Assembly (NCBI GenBank): GCA_950097015.1 | Contig: CATNEN010000038.1 | Coordinates: 8,246,001 to 8,310,000, forward strand | Source: Macrostomum hystrix | Taxonomy: Eukaryota; Animalia; Platyhelminthes | Length of the DNA stretch: 64,000 nucleotides | Direction of reading: 5' to 3' | Shown: in pieces, positions 51,790 through 63,455 of the stretch | Layout of the letters: each line of letters opens with the position of its first letter | How positions within the stretch are numbered: position 1 is the first letter of the stretch | Notes under the pieces: model-generated | The model's database searches: none | What the model was told of the DNA's origin: nothing | The model's input: only the letters and a program-made list of their open reading frames with translations | Position numbers and translations under genes: made by a program

Positions 51790-52968
51790 ATGGGAGACGA
51801 ACGAGTGAATCGCCTCGTGGAGCTGATGACTGCTTCGGTGCGTCGGACCTTGCAGCAGGAGATAAATGCAGCGCAGAATGTCCAGAGGCCAGCGAAGCCG
51901 CCGAAGTATTCTAGTGGAGACAACTTTCGCCTGTGGTTGCAGAAGTTCAACGCTTATTGTGATGCTGCGCAGATTGCGGAGGCCGCTCGAAGGCCGCACC
52001 TGCTTAGCTTCTTGGATTTGAATACAGCATTTGCAGCGGTGGAGAATCTACAGCTGGGTGAGGATCTGGAATATCAGGAGTTTACGGACGCTCTGTTGGA
52101 AAGGTTTCAGCAGCACCGCACGACTGAAGATTACCGGATGGAGCTGGAGTCACGAGTGCAGAAGGAGGGCGAGACCTACGAGGCATACGCCGATGCACTG
52201 CTGGAGCTGGCGAGGAATGCCTACCCTGAAGACGAGCTGCCCGCTGAGATTGTCAACAGTTTTGCAAGGGACAGATTCAAGAAGGGCATTAAGGCTGCTG
52301 AGAGCGTCAAGGAGTACGTGATCCTTCAACAGCCTGCTACTCTCGCTGAGGCTGTGCGTTGCGTTCGACGAAAGGAGGCAGCTACTCTAGCCGCCAAGAC
52401 GTCAGGCTCGGACCAGACCTCCAGGAAGACGACATCAGGTGTGGCTGCCGTGGACACCAGAGCCGCCAGTTCAGAAGGTTTTGGAGCGCTTCAGCAGCGG
52501 ATCCGTGAGCTGGAAGACCAACTGAAGCGGCTGAGCCAGACGCCGCCTCCTCGACAGTCTGCTGCACCGTCGCCTGCTGGGTCTGCGCGTCCGCGCGGCC
52601 CGGGGCCCGGGTTGCTAGGAGACAGGGGGGCCTGCGCGTACGCCGCGACCCCTAGTCGTCTAGCAGAGCAACAGCAGAGGCAGCATGGTGCTTGCTTTCA
52701 GTGCGGAGACGTCGGCCACCTAGCGCGTGAGTGTCCTAGTCGCGTCGGAAGGATGCAGCAACCGCCACCGAGCACAGCAGCGATGACTGTTGGTCCAAGG
52801 CGTTGCTACGCGTGCAACCAGCCAGGTCATCTGGCCAAGAATTGTCGGTTGGGAAACTTTAGCAGGGCGAAAACTGATTTATTCGTTCAAAAATACTACA
52901 ATAAGACACTTAAACAACTCAACACTAAAAAATTCTCATTAAATCACACAGCCCCTCTTTTACTGTAA
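51790..52968 (+). CDS. gag: Gypsy-like Gag with two CCHC zinc knuckles; element truncated at ~52870 (pol and 3' LTR missing)
   Basis: PPKYSSGDNFRLWLQKF; RVQKEGETYEAYADAL (major homology region-like); CFQCGDVGHLAREC and CYACNQPGHLAKNC; GGGAAAC slippery site at 52851-52857. The last ~30 aa are read-through into AT-rich non-LTR sequence. Confidence 0.88.
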   Translation: MGDERVNRLVELMTASVRRTLQQEINAAQNVQRPAKPPKYSSGDNFRLWLQKFNAYCDAAQIAEAARRPHLLSFLDLNTAFAAVENLQLGEDLEYQEFTDALLERFQQHRTTEDYRMELESRVQKEGETYEAYADALLELARNAYPEDELPAEIVNSFARDRFKKGIKAAESVKEYVILQQPATLAEAVRCVRRKEAATLAAKTSGSDQTSRKTTSGVAAVDTRAASSEGFGALQQRIRELEDQLKRLSQTPPPRQSAAPSPAGSARPRGPGPGLLGDRGACAYAATPSRLAEQQQRQHGACFQCGDVGHLARECPSRVGRMQQPPPSTAAMTVGPRRCYACNQPGHLAKNCRLGNFSRAKTDLFVQKYYNKTLKQLNTKKFSLNHTAPLLL

Positions 52969-53045
52969 AAAAACTACACAGGCTGATTTATAAGCCCGCG
53001 AAGATCAATTGCCTTGAATTCATTGCGAGCTGATGTCGAGCTGCA

Positions 53046-54968
53046 CTGGCTCCCAAAAATACACTTCGGAGATACGAAACACACTTTAACATTGAATAAC
53101 CCGAAGACGCTTTCATGAATCAGTCTGAAATTTTACACATCCAATCAACTCGATTGCATCAGAGGTTTTGTAAATTTGCATTGCGATTGAGGCAGTAGAA
53201 GTGTCTGCCTGCGAATGTCAAGCTGGCTCCCAAAAATACACTACGGAGATACGAACACACTTTAACATTGAATAACCCGCAGACGCTTTCATGAATCAGT
53301 CTGAAATTTTACACATCCAATCAACTCGATTGCATCAGAGGTTTTGTAAATTTTCATTGCGATTGAGGCAGTAGAAGTGTCTGCCTGCGAATGTCAAGCT
53401 GGCTCCCAAAAATACACTACGGAGATACGAAACACACTTTAAAATTGAATAACCCGCAGACGCTTTCATGAATCAGCCTGAAATTTTACACATCCAATCA
53501 ACTCGATTGCATCAGAGGTTTTGTAAATTTTCATTGCGATTGATGCAGTAGAAGTGTCTGCCTGCGAATGTCAAGCTGGCTCCCAAAAATACACTACGGA
53601 GATACGAAACACACTTTAACATTGAATAACCCGCAGACGCTTTCATGAATCAGCCTGAAATTTTACACATCCAATCAACTCGATTGCATCAGAGGTTTTG
53701 TAAATTTTCATTGCGATTGAGGCAGTAGAAGTGTCTGCCTGCGAATGTCAAGCTGGCTCCCAAAAATACACTACGGAGATACGAAACACACTTTAACATT
53801 GAATAACCCGCAGACGCTTTCATGAATCAGCCTGAAATTTTACACATCCAATCAACTCGATTGCATCAGAGGTTTTGTAAATTTTCATTGCGATTGATGC
53901 AGTAGAAGTGTCTGCCTGCGAATGTCAAGCTGGCTCCCAAAAATACACTACGGAGATACGAACACACTTTAACATTGAATAACCCGCAGACGCTTTCATG
54001 AATCAGCCTGAAATTTTACACATCCAATCAACTCGATTGCATCAGAGGTTTTGTAAATTTGCATTGCGATTGAGGCAGTAGAAGTGTCTGCCTGCGAATG
54101 TCAAGCTGGCTCCCAAAAATACACTACGGAGATACGAACACACTTTAACATTGAATAACCCGCAGACGCTTTCATGAATCAGTCTGAAATTTTACACATC
54201 CAATCAACTCGATTGCATCAGAGGTTTTGTAAATTTTCATTGCGATTGAGGCAGTAGAAGTGTCTGCCTGCGAATGTCAAGCTGACTCCCAAAAATACAC
54301 TACGGAGATACGAAACACACTTTAAAATTGAATAACCCGCAGACGCTTTCATGAATCAGCCTGAAATTTTACACATCCAATCAACTCGATTGCATCAGAG
54401 GTTTTGTAAATTTTCATTGCGATTGATGCAGTAGAAGTGTCTGCCTGCGAATGTCAAGCTGGCTCCCAAAAATACACTACGGAGATACGAAACACACTTT
54501 AACATTGAATAACCCGCAGACGCTTTCATGAATCAGCCTGAAATTTTACACATCCAATCAACTCGATTGCATCAGAGGTTTTGTAAATTTTCATTGCGAT
54601 TGATGCAGTAGAAGTGTCTGCCTGCGAATGTCAAGCTGGCTCCCAAAAATACACTACGGAGATACGAACACACTTTAACATTGAATAACCCGCAGACGCT
54701 TTCATGAATCAGTCTGAAATTTTACACATCCAATCAACTCGATTGCATCAGAGGTTTTGTAAATTTTCATTGCGATTGATGCAGTAGAAGTGTCTGCCTG
54801 CGAATGTCAAGCTGGCTCCCAAAAATACACTACGGAGATACGAACACACTTTAACATTGAATAACCCGCAGACGCTTTCATGAATCAGTCTGAAATTTTA
54901 CACATCCAATCAACTCGATTGCATCAGAGGTTTTGTAAATTTTCATTGCGATTGATGCAGTAGAAGTT
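53046..54968 (-). repeat. Satellite array, same monomer in inverted orientation, ~11 copies (right arm)
   Basis: Reverse complement of the left-arm monomer with the same variant sites. Confidence 0.97.
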
Positions 54969-55416
54969 ACTTTTTGAAAGTACAAGAATATACACTGCGG
55001 AGATAGGAACAAACTTCAAAGCTGTGTAATTCTTTTATGCATTGACAAAAATAAATTATATTTATTTTGGAACGTTATCTTAGTTGCATCAGAAGATCTT
55101 GTAAGTTTCGCTGTAATTGAATGGTTATTTTTTAAGTTACAATACTCTTGTTTGAATGTGAATGTGAATGTGAATGTCAATCGGGAAATTAATACGTCCC
55201 CAGACCTTCGTACTATCCAAAAAATCAAACTATCAAATTAAAATATCAACTATCATCAAATTTATAAAAAGTTACCAATCAAATTAAAGGTTAACTTTGT
55301 GATAACCCGCGCACTGGGGTGTTTTCCCTCACCTTTTTCTCCCTCGCACACTGCACATGGCCTATTTGTTTTACTATAGAGATGCACCTTTGTTTTAATT
55401 TGCTCATCATGCATGT

Positions 55417-55458
55417 CAAGGACCACTAGAAGAAGACCACTTCTTCTAGTGGTCCTTG
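55417..55458. other. 42-bp perfect hairpin (19-bp stem) with CAAGGAC-CACTA termini
   Basis: CAAGGACCACTAGAAGAAG-ACCA-CTTCTTCTAGTGGTCCTTG. No TSD evident. Confidence 0.8.
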
Positions 55459-55988
55459 GTACCTACTTTGCTCACGTGAATGACCAAAATAACCAATTAC
55501 TTTCCAATCTCTAAAATCTAAACTCGCTACTTTTAAATAATTTACAAACAAGCAATATGTTTTAAACAATAATTACCAAATATATAATTCTTTTATGTAG
55601 CGTAAGAGCTTCGGCTGATGCGCGGGGAGCAGGATGTAAAAACCCTGTGTTTTACCCCAAACTTGATAACAACAAATACGTTAATTGCTATAGATGTAAG
55701 CATAAAAGTTTAGGTTGCACGTTGCAAGTTGCTGGTTTCAAGAGTTTGAACTTTATTTGCAAATTTTACCTAATCATTGGCCTTACCATACCATATATAC
55801 TAGGCATATATTGGCCCATCCCTAAAATTGTGTTTTCCAGATTATATAATGACATTTTAGCTAGACCTAGTTTTAATACCTAGCCTATATCTATTGGCAG
55901 TAGTGCTAGTGTTAGTGCTCAGCTAGTCTGGCCCAATGGCATTATATTAGCCTAGCTAGACTAATATTTTGTTTTATAATATTATGGC

Positions 55989-56022
55989 CAAGGACTACTA
56001 AACTGTTGTTTAGTAGTCCTTG
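55989..56022. mobile_element. 34-bp palindromic micro-element with 8-bp TSD
   Basis: ATTATGGC|CAAGGACTACTAAAC-TGTT-GTTTAGTAGTCCTTG|ATTATGGC. Confidence 0.7.
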
Positions 56023-57441
56023 ATTATGGCTAGGTCACTAGGCTAGCTAGGCCCTAGGCCCCTATCCAATAAGCTAGGGCATACCTGTAGGGCAGGTAAC
56101 TTAATACCATCCTGCTCACCTGCTGTTTTAACTTGTACCTGAGGAATTATGTGGCGCTGGCCATTTCCTTCCAAGCATTTAGGTCACATGATGTACTGAA
56201 TTGCCAATTACTATCCTGCTAACTTGGCCTAACATTCATTTGACTCCCCTATACTTCCATTTTACTTTGTGTTATAGGCCTACCATAATATATTTAGTTT
56301 GACCTATACATTTCAATTGTAGGCCATGTATAGGCATTTATTAATATTAGTTATTGCTGGGCATGTGGGCTTAAGTCTATATTTGCATATAGTGTGGCAG
56401 GTAGGTAGCTAGTGTCAGAGAAATATTTGCTTTGAATAACTATGGCAATTTTAGAATTTTACAAGCAGTACTCAGTGACTTGTTGTTAAAGAAACATTTG
56501 CTTGACAAAGCAATTAAATAACTAAACTAATTCCTATCATACATGCGCAACCTCCCAAATCTTATCCGACCATGCAACTTAGTTTTTGCTCTCATTTGCG
56601 CCTTAGTTCGTTTCATTGCTCTATTTACGACTTAGTTTGCTCTCATTTGCTCTCTTTTTCTCTCCCCTTTTTCCTTTTCTTCAAGCCTTCCTTTTTTGTC
56701 CCTTGGTCCCCCCTTTGATTTTTTTGCGCTTGGTCGATTGGTTTTTTGTGACTTACCTTGCTTGGCCCTCGTTTCACCCAGCCGGTTCAGCTGGGTCAGC
56801 CGGGTGTTGCGCATGTATGATTCCTATTAAGGCTTTATAAATGTCCTAATTTTGTCACATTGAATGTTAAAGGCCTAAATTAAAACAAAACAGTTTTATG
56901 CTCATATTCATTGACATTTTTGTTACATAGGCAACTTAACTCTGCATGTTATCTAATATATGCTATATTATATAATATATTATATAAATTATATATTAGA
57001 TAAACCTTATCTGACAGGGGTGTTTTTTATATGTGCTTATTATTATAATATTTACTACAACATTAAAAAATTTGTTTATTTAATTGCTGATACAAGTTTA
57101 TATAAAAATTAATACAACTTAATAAGCTTACTTGGATTTATTCATAACACGTACAATAATATAGAGAGGTTATACTAATATTTTTTGTTAAGTATGGTAG
57201 CTTGCTAATTAAAATGTTTATTTGAAAAATAATTGTTTTTACAAAAAACTTGTTGCACATTTTTCTTTTAGTATAAATATTTCATAACGTTTTTAGTAGC
57301 CATTTAAAAACAATAATTATATATTTGAATTTGTAGTTTTTATTGACCAGCTTTGTCACTCACTTGTTTTACTATGATTATAAACTTTATAGATTTTATT
57401 CATAAGAATAAACATCACAAATATTTTGCAGCAACTCAATC

Positions 57442-59624
57442 ATGTCGGTGCCATTGCTTGATGCCATCAACGGTGGCTGCAGCAGCAGTTCAGAGCAGGC
57501 AGCTGCCACTGAGGACGAGTGGATCCGCACTGGAGCCCAGTACACAGCCCTGCAGCGCTTGTCCATGTCACTTCTACGCCAGGGTCCCCTGCCCCGCCAC
57601 CTGGCTATCATCATGGACGGCAATCGCCGATTTGCCCGCTGTCACGGCCTGCAGAAGGCGCAGGGTCATCTGCGCGGCTTCAAGAAGGTCGGCGAAGTGC
57701 TGGAATGGTGCCGCGATCTGGGCGTGGACGAGGTGACAGTCTACGCGTTCAGCATCGAGAATTTTAACCGTAGCCAGGAGGAGGTGGCCTGCCTGATGCA
57801 GCTGGCCAGGGAGAAGTTTGACCGGCTGCTGCAGGAGCTGGACAGGCTGCGGACCTACGGCGTCTGCGTCCGGATCATCGGCAATCTGGACCTGCTGCCA
57901 GCTGACATCCGGGCCGCCGCTGCCCGGGTTATGCTGGCTACAAGGTGAACAGTTAGAATGCATTGCTATGTATTCACCAAAATACTTTTTCAAAGCTCTG
58001 GCTTCGATTTAGAATTCCCCTGTTTCCATTTCCCAGTTTCTCGCACTTAAATCCCATATCCTGGCTTCCCAACTCCCACACACCCCAAATCCCAAATTAT
58101 GGCCTCCACCACACCCCAAATCCCATATCCTGTCCTCCGCCACACTCCCAAATCCCATATTCTCGACTCCCAACTCGCACACACCCCACACTCCCAAATC
58201 CCATTTCCTGGCCTGCCCAACAACCAAATCCCATTTTTTGGCTTCCCCCACACCCTAAATCCCATTGTTTGGCCTCCCCCACACGCCATATCCTGGCCTC
58301 CACTACACCCTAAAATCCCATATCTTGGCCTCCCACACCCTAAAATCCCATATCTTGGCCTCCCACACCCTAAAACCCGATATCTTGGCCTCCCACATCC
58401 TAAAACCCGATATCTTGGCTTCCCCCACACCCAAAAACCCGATATCTTGGCCTCCCACACGCTAAAACCCGATATCTTGGCTTCCCCCACACCCTAAAAT
58501 CCCATATCCTGGCCTCCCACATTCCGAAATCCCATATCCTGGCCTCCCCCACATCCCAAATCCTGGCCTCCCCCACACCACATCCCAAATCCTAGCCTCC
58601 CCCACACCACACCCCAAATCCTAGCCTCCCCCACACCCCAAATCCTGGCCTCCCCACACCCCAAATCCTGGCCTCCCCACACCCCAAATCCTGGCCTCCC
58701 CACACCCCAAATCCTGGCCTCCCCCACACCCCAAATCCTGGCCTCCCCCACACCCCAAATCCTGGCCTCACCCACACTCCAAATCCTGGCCTCCCCCACA
58801 CTCCAAATCCTGGCCTCCCCCACACCCAAATCCTGGCCTCCCCCACACCCCAAATCAGGTTTTTTCAAAAATTCGCAATTCGATTTCGCAGAGAGCACAC
58901 CAAAGCCCGCTTGAACGTGTGCTTCGCTTACACCTCGCGTGATGACATGGCCCACTCCGCCTCGCTGGCTGGCGAAGCTGTTCGCTCGGGCCTGCTTGTG
59001 CCCGATGACGTCACTCCGCGACTGCTCGATCGATGCGCGCGCACTTACTTATCGCCGGCGCCTCCTGATTTGTTGATTCGGACATCTGGCGAGGCTAGAT
59101 TGTCAGATTTTCTGCTTTGGCAGGTGAGAATTTAAACTTTTGATTTCTACGTTTTCTGTACTTTTCTATACATATCGGGTGTATGCTAATTAAAAATCTT
59201 CCTGGCTAATTATTTTCAGACTAGATTCACCTGCGTTCACTTTGTGAATGCAATGTGGCCAGACTTCTCTGTGTGGCACCTGATGTGGGCCGTGTTTAAT
59301 TATCAAAGAAACTATGCAACAATGCAGGTGAGACAACATTTTGTAAATATAGTTTTTAGACTGGCCTTGTTTGTACACGCTACTGGCGCGTGTTTCTCAA
59401 GGCCACATGTCCCATTCGGTATTTTGCACTAGTAATTTGCTGTCAATTACCGCCCATCTGCCACCCAGTCTGGCCTGGCCGCCCTGGCAGCCGAGGAGGA
59501 CGAAGAGGATCGATCCCTGGCCAGGCGAGATCCTCAGTGGAGCCGGCGTGTCCTGGCATTTGATCAGTTTGTTCGGGACAAAGAGGAAGCCAACCTCAAG
59601 CGGTACCTGGCGGCTGAGAACTAA
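57442..59624 (+). CDS. DHDDS: Dehydrodolichyl diphosphate synthase (cis-prenyltransferase)
   Basis: Exons 57442-57944, 58892-59123, 59220-59327, 59469-59624 (GT-AG, in frame). Motifs PRHLAIIMDGNRRFA, VTVYAFSIENFNRS, LNVCFAYTSR, PDLLIRTSGEARLSDFLLWQ, WPDFSVW. Confidence 0.95.
58045..58856. repeat. C-rich ~24-30-bp minisatellite in DHDDS intron 1
   Basis: (CCCCAAATCCTGGCCTCCCCCACA)n and (CCTAAAATCCCATATCTTGGCCTCCCACAC)n variants. Confidence 0.9.
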
Positions 59625-60134
59625 TAAGCGATCAGTCACATTTGTCACCTCATTCTTTATTTTGCTTGATTATATTAATTTATTTAGCACTCGCGCGCAC
59701 CGCCCTACTTGTAAGTAGGGCTATGCAAAAATGAACCTGTGTTGGTACTCCTGCGCATTATAAATGTTCTGTTCAACTTCTTTGGTTCATTGCTTCAGTC
59801 TCAATAGTGCTTAGACTAATTTATGACTATAATTTACTACTTTGTTTAGTAGTAGCTAGTGTGCCAAAGTGATTTAGCTTCAGTGTTTGCTACAAGTTTC
59901 ACTTATCCGGATGAGCCTGTCCTATGTTTAACTGGATTATATATGCTAATAAAATGCAAATTAAAACTTTATATATGAAATGAGTTAGATTGGAGCAGTT
60001 TATCTTGATGTCACATAATAAATTAGAGTTGTATTTGACCTGTCAATAAAAATGGGGATTTTGTTCGTGTTTTTAGTTTCCAACATTTACAAGTGTGCGT
60101 TCCTACAAAGAGTCGAATATTGTTCCGGTGTTGC

Positions 60135-60473
60135 CTACTGGCTCTTGGTCTGGCTGCTCAGGTAGTCCGTGTAGTACTTGCCGCCAGCCCCGGCCCGGTC
60201 CTCTCCGTATGGCTTGCCCTCCAGCAGCTTGTCCTCCTGCTTGACCTTGTGCTGCACCACGCAGCCGATGACAATGCCCACCAGGATGATGATCACCAGT
60301 GCCACCGGGATGCCGATCAGGACTCCCAGCTGCTCGCTAGTGAAGCCGCCTATGCTGGCCGCAGTTGTCGTTGCCATGGGAACGGCGGTGGTGGCGCCAG
60401 TTTGACCGGCGACAAACGTCGGCCGCTGGCACAGCAGCGATAGAATAGTCAGCGGAATCAGGGCCAGATGCAT
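60135..60473 (-). CDS. Small (112 aa) single-pass type I membrane protein of unknown function
   Basis: Signal-like MHLALIPLTILSLLC, Thr/Ala-rich ectodomain, TM LGVLIGIPVALVIIILVGIVIGCVV, charged tail. GC-rich coding-like island with a TATA-like element at ~60562. Confidence 0.7.
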   Translation of the reverse strand: MHLALIPLTILSLLCQRPTFVAGQTGATTAVPMATTTAASIGGFTSEQLGVLIGIPVALVIIILVGIVIGCVVQHKVKQEDKLLEGKPYGEDRAGAGGKYYTDYLSSQTKSQ

Positions 60474-61222
60474 AATGGAAAAGTTCCTCAGTGTGCACTT
60501 TTACAGAATGCAATTGGAAGCTAGGTTGGGTCTATGCGTCTGTTTAAGCAAGGCTGCGTGCTATATAAGCCTGCGGGTTGGGGGTTAGGAATTTAACTAG
60601 GTCAGCACAGTTTCACACAATGCGGGTAGGAGGACCGCTGTACTCAATTTCTCAAGAGAGATGAGAATGGTGTACAGTTTGAAATGCAGTGTGCATTCTG
60701 GCCCGCTGCGTGGCCATGCTTAAGTGAATCTACCAATAGCGAATAATGGCGGACCGACATAAATTTTTCTGAAGCAATGCCGAGCTTTAGACTGTGTTTG
60801 CTCAGTTGCGCTGAGTTGTTTTTCGCTAAGAGAAGCAAAGTTGATAACAAGGCGCATAATTACACATTTTCGCTCATTCAACTCCAATATAATTATGGGA
60901 AAATGAATTAGGCGAGTATTGTATATCAGTAGTATATTTTTATTCGACATATTAAACCAAGAACAGCAAATGAGGGGCTTGGGAACACAAGCGAGATGCA
61001 GATCACCATTGCTGACGTAATTTATGACCGCGAAAGGGAAGAATTACCGTAGACTAAATAACCCGGAATAGAACAGAGAAAAAACAAGTGTGAGAAGTGG
61101 AGAAGAATCTATAATCAAGAGATTTAAACTAATCTTAAAAGAAGAAGCTAACACGAAGCAATAGAAGTCACGGAGGAGGTGAGAGCACATCAACTTGCGA
61201 GCATTGAAGGGACACAGTCAGC

Positions 61223-63061
61223 TCAGAACACAGTCAGCAGGGCGAACACTCCGTACACCAGGGCGCACGGATAAGCAACCAGCAGGCGCTGATGGTCCAT
61301 GGACAGTGCGGTGACGAAGAGCTTGCTGGACGAGTAGGCGCACCAGGCCACGGTCAGGCTGGTAAGCACAATGCCCGCTAGGCTGCTGCACGGGTTGGGG
61401 TGGGGTGAATGCGATAAGCTTCACCCTTCTGTTAACCGTTCTGCCACTCACCCTCCTGCACAGTGCACACACTCACTGTACACTCTCTCAATGTACATTA
61501 GGGGGGTTGCCCCCTAATTGGCGTCATGTGACAACCTCGACAAGCCCCGAAACGGCAAATTCGACTGATTTAATGAGGAAAATGATAATGGACTTTATAA
61601 CTGGCGGAAGTGACGCCACTCACCGTAGGGACAGTACAACGGCCATGAGGGACAGGAGGCACATTGGGAGCAGGCAGTAGCCAAGGGTCGACATGACCGA
61701 GGTCAACTGCACGGATGTGGCGTTCATCAGGTTGAGCAGCAGGTAGAGCGCCAGGCAGCCAGTGACGCCGATGCCATATATGTAGCCAAAGTGCAGCTTG
61801 CCGGTCTGTGATTGGTTGAGAGCAAGCTGCGAGTTAACTACTAAGAGTAGTTAAAGTGCGGAAAAAACATTGGGGAGTTAAACAGTTGAATAGTCGGGCA
61901 GTTTGGGGGCAGGATCGGGGTGACTACTCACAAGCAGCAGAGCGCCGCCAAAAGCCAGGCAGAACACAAGCGGCCCCGCCAGGTCGGTGTCTCGCACAGC
62001 CTCCACATCGGCCTGCTTCAACGGGTTCAGCACCATCAGCGTCTGGAGGCGGATGATGGGACATGGGATTTGGTTAGTCTTGTTAGTATCGAAGTTAGGG
62101 CCTAACACGTTTAGAGGATACCACTACTACCAAAAATCCCTGCTACCAGAGTATCCGAATATCCCACCCTAACAAAATATCCCTAGCTAACAGAATATCC
62201 CAGTCTACCAGAATATCCCAGTCTACCAGAATATCCCAGTCTACTAGAATATCCCAGTCTACTAGAATATCCCAGTCTACCAGAATATCCCAGTCTACCA
62301 GAATATCCCAGTCTACTAGAATATCCCAGTCTACCAGAATATCCCAGTCTACCAGAATATCCCAGTCTACCAGAATATCCCAGTCTACCAGAATATCCCA
62401 GTCTACTAGAATATCCCAGTCTACCAGAATATCCCAGTCTACTAGAATATCCCACCCTAACAAAATATCCCACTCTAACAAAATATCCCAGTCTACCAGA
62501 ATATGATAACATCCCATTATCCTAGTCTAGAAGAATATCCACGCCTGCCACAATGTGACGCTCAGCTCCAACCTTCTGGGTGATGTGATCAAAGTTGATG
62601 CCAAGTTCTTCTAACAGAGGCGGCTCGTCTTCAAAATTATTTCCGCCGCTAGCAGGGGACTGTGCTCCCTTGCCGTCTCTGCTGCCGCTGGCTGCACTGT
62701 CTGGCACAAACATCTGACCAGAGTAGGCCGGGTGGTTCGCATACGGATCGTACACTGAGGTTGCAGGCTGGGGCTGATACGGCTGGTGCTGCGGTGGCCC
62801 GCCCCCGTAGAAGTCTTGCTGCTGCTGCTGCTGCGGGTCCTGCTGGTAGTCGTAGGATGCAAAATCCCTGAAATATGGATTATGAAACTGCTTATAGCGC
62901 GGAGAAAGTACACAGCCTCATGTATAGTGCATGCACGCAGTCTGGAATCTGCATACTTACATGACCTGCTGGTTATAGTAGACTGGGGCCTGCTGCTGCT
63001 GTCCATCTTGACTAGGATAGGCAGCCGACCATTCGGCTGGATTGTAAGGCGCGCTGCACAT
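61223..63061 (-). CDS. YIPF5: YIPF5/Yip1A ER-Golgi membrane protein
   Basis: Exons 62961-63061, 62573-62867, 61932-62042, 61624-61805, 61223-61385. Motifs [66 protein letters not shown]. Start codon tentative. Confidence 0.92.
62155..62515. repeat. 18-bp minisatellite (CCCAGTCTAC(C/T)AGAATAT)n in a YIPF5 intron
   Basis: About 19 copies. Confidence 0.95.
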
Positions 63062-63299
63062 CGCTCAATTCCTTCTTTGCCTTTTAGTTTCCTTGCCGCT
63101 TATCCGCCTGATGCACTTTTACCTGGGTGAAAATGTCTGCAATTAAATATGATAAGCGTCGTTTTTCGATAGTGCCTACTGTGAGTAGAAGAATAGTGTT
63201 TTAATTAATAACAATTATAAATTACACGTGCCCTATTGGGCCAGATGTGCAGCTATTGCGCGGCGCTTCTGAAGGCTGTGTACAACTGTTCAGTCTATG

Positions 63300-63455
63300 G
63301 ACTGGAGGTACGCTACACCCACCCTTTATTACCTTATCTATTGCTGGTACCCAGTTAACAGCTTGGGTGAACAGGCGTCTTTCTAAAGAACACAAATTGT
63401 TGGAGACGGGAATCGAACCCCCGACCTTCAAGTCGTGAGTCCGACACGCTAGGCT
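63300..63455 (-). mobile_element. tRNA-derived SINE, second copy
   Basis: TCACGACTTGAAGGTCGGGGGTTCGATTCCC...TTCACCCAAGCTGTTAACTGGGTACCAGCA, homologous to 26090-26280. Confidence 0.7.

Larger units (their letters stand above)
43994..55197. mobile_element. 11.2-kb foldback-type DNA transposon with satellite-containing long inverted arms and a 9-bp TSD
   Basis: Termini ACGTATTAATTTCCC.../...GGGAAATTAATACGT. ~230-bp unique outer TIR (43994-44225 vs 54966-55197, few mismatches). TSD CCCCAGACC at 43985-43993 and 55198-55206. Internal arrays are in opposite orientation. Confidence 0.92.

Noticed and set aside
44224-54968. CRISPR array or hammerhead-ribozyme (retrozyme) array interpretation of the 177-bp repeats
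   Set aside because: There are no unique spacers and no cas genes, and the context is eukaryotic. The monomer has CTGATGC and GAAA but not a correctly arranged CUGANGA-stem-GAAA core.
57963-58955. Multiple Pro/Gly/Trp-rich ORFs
   Set aside because: Minisatellite within DHDDS intron 1; the flanking exons splice in frame without it.
63395-63455. tRNA gene (also 26210-26280)
   Set aside because: A B-box is present but there is no complete cloverleaf or acceptor stem, and it continues into a shared SINE body.
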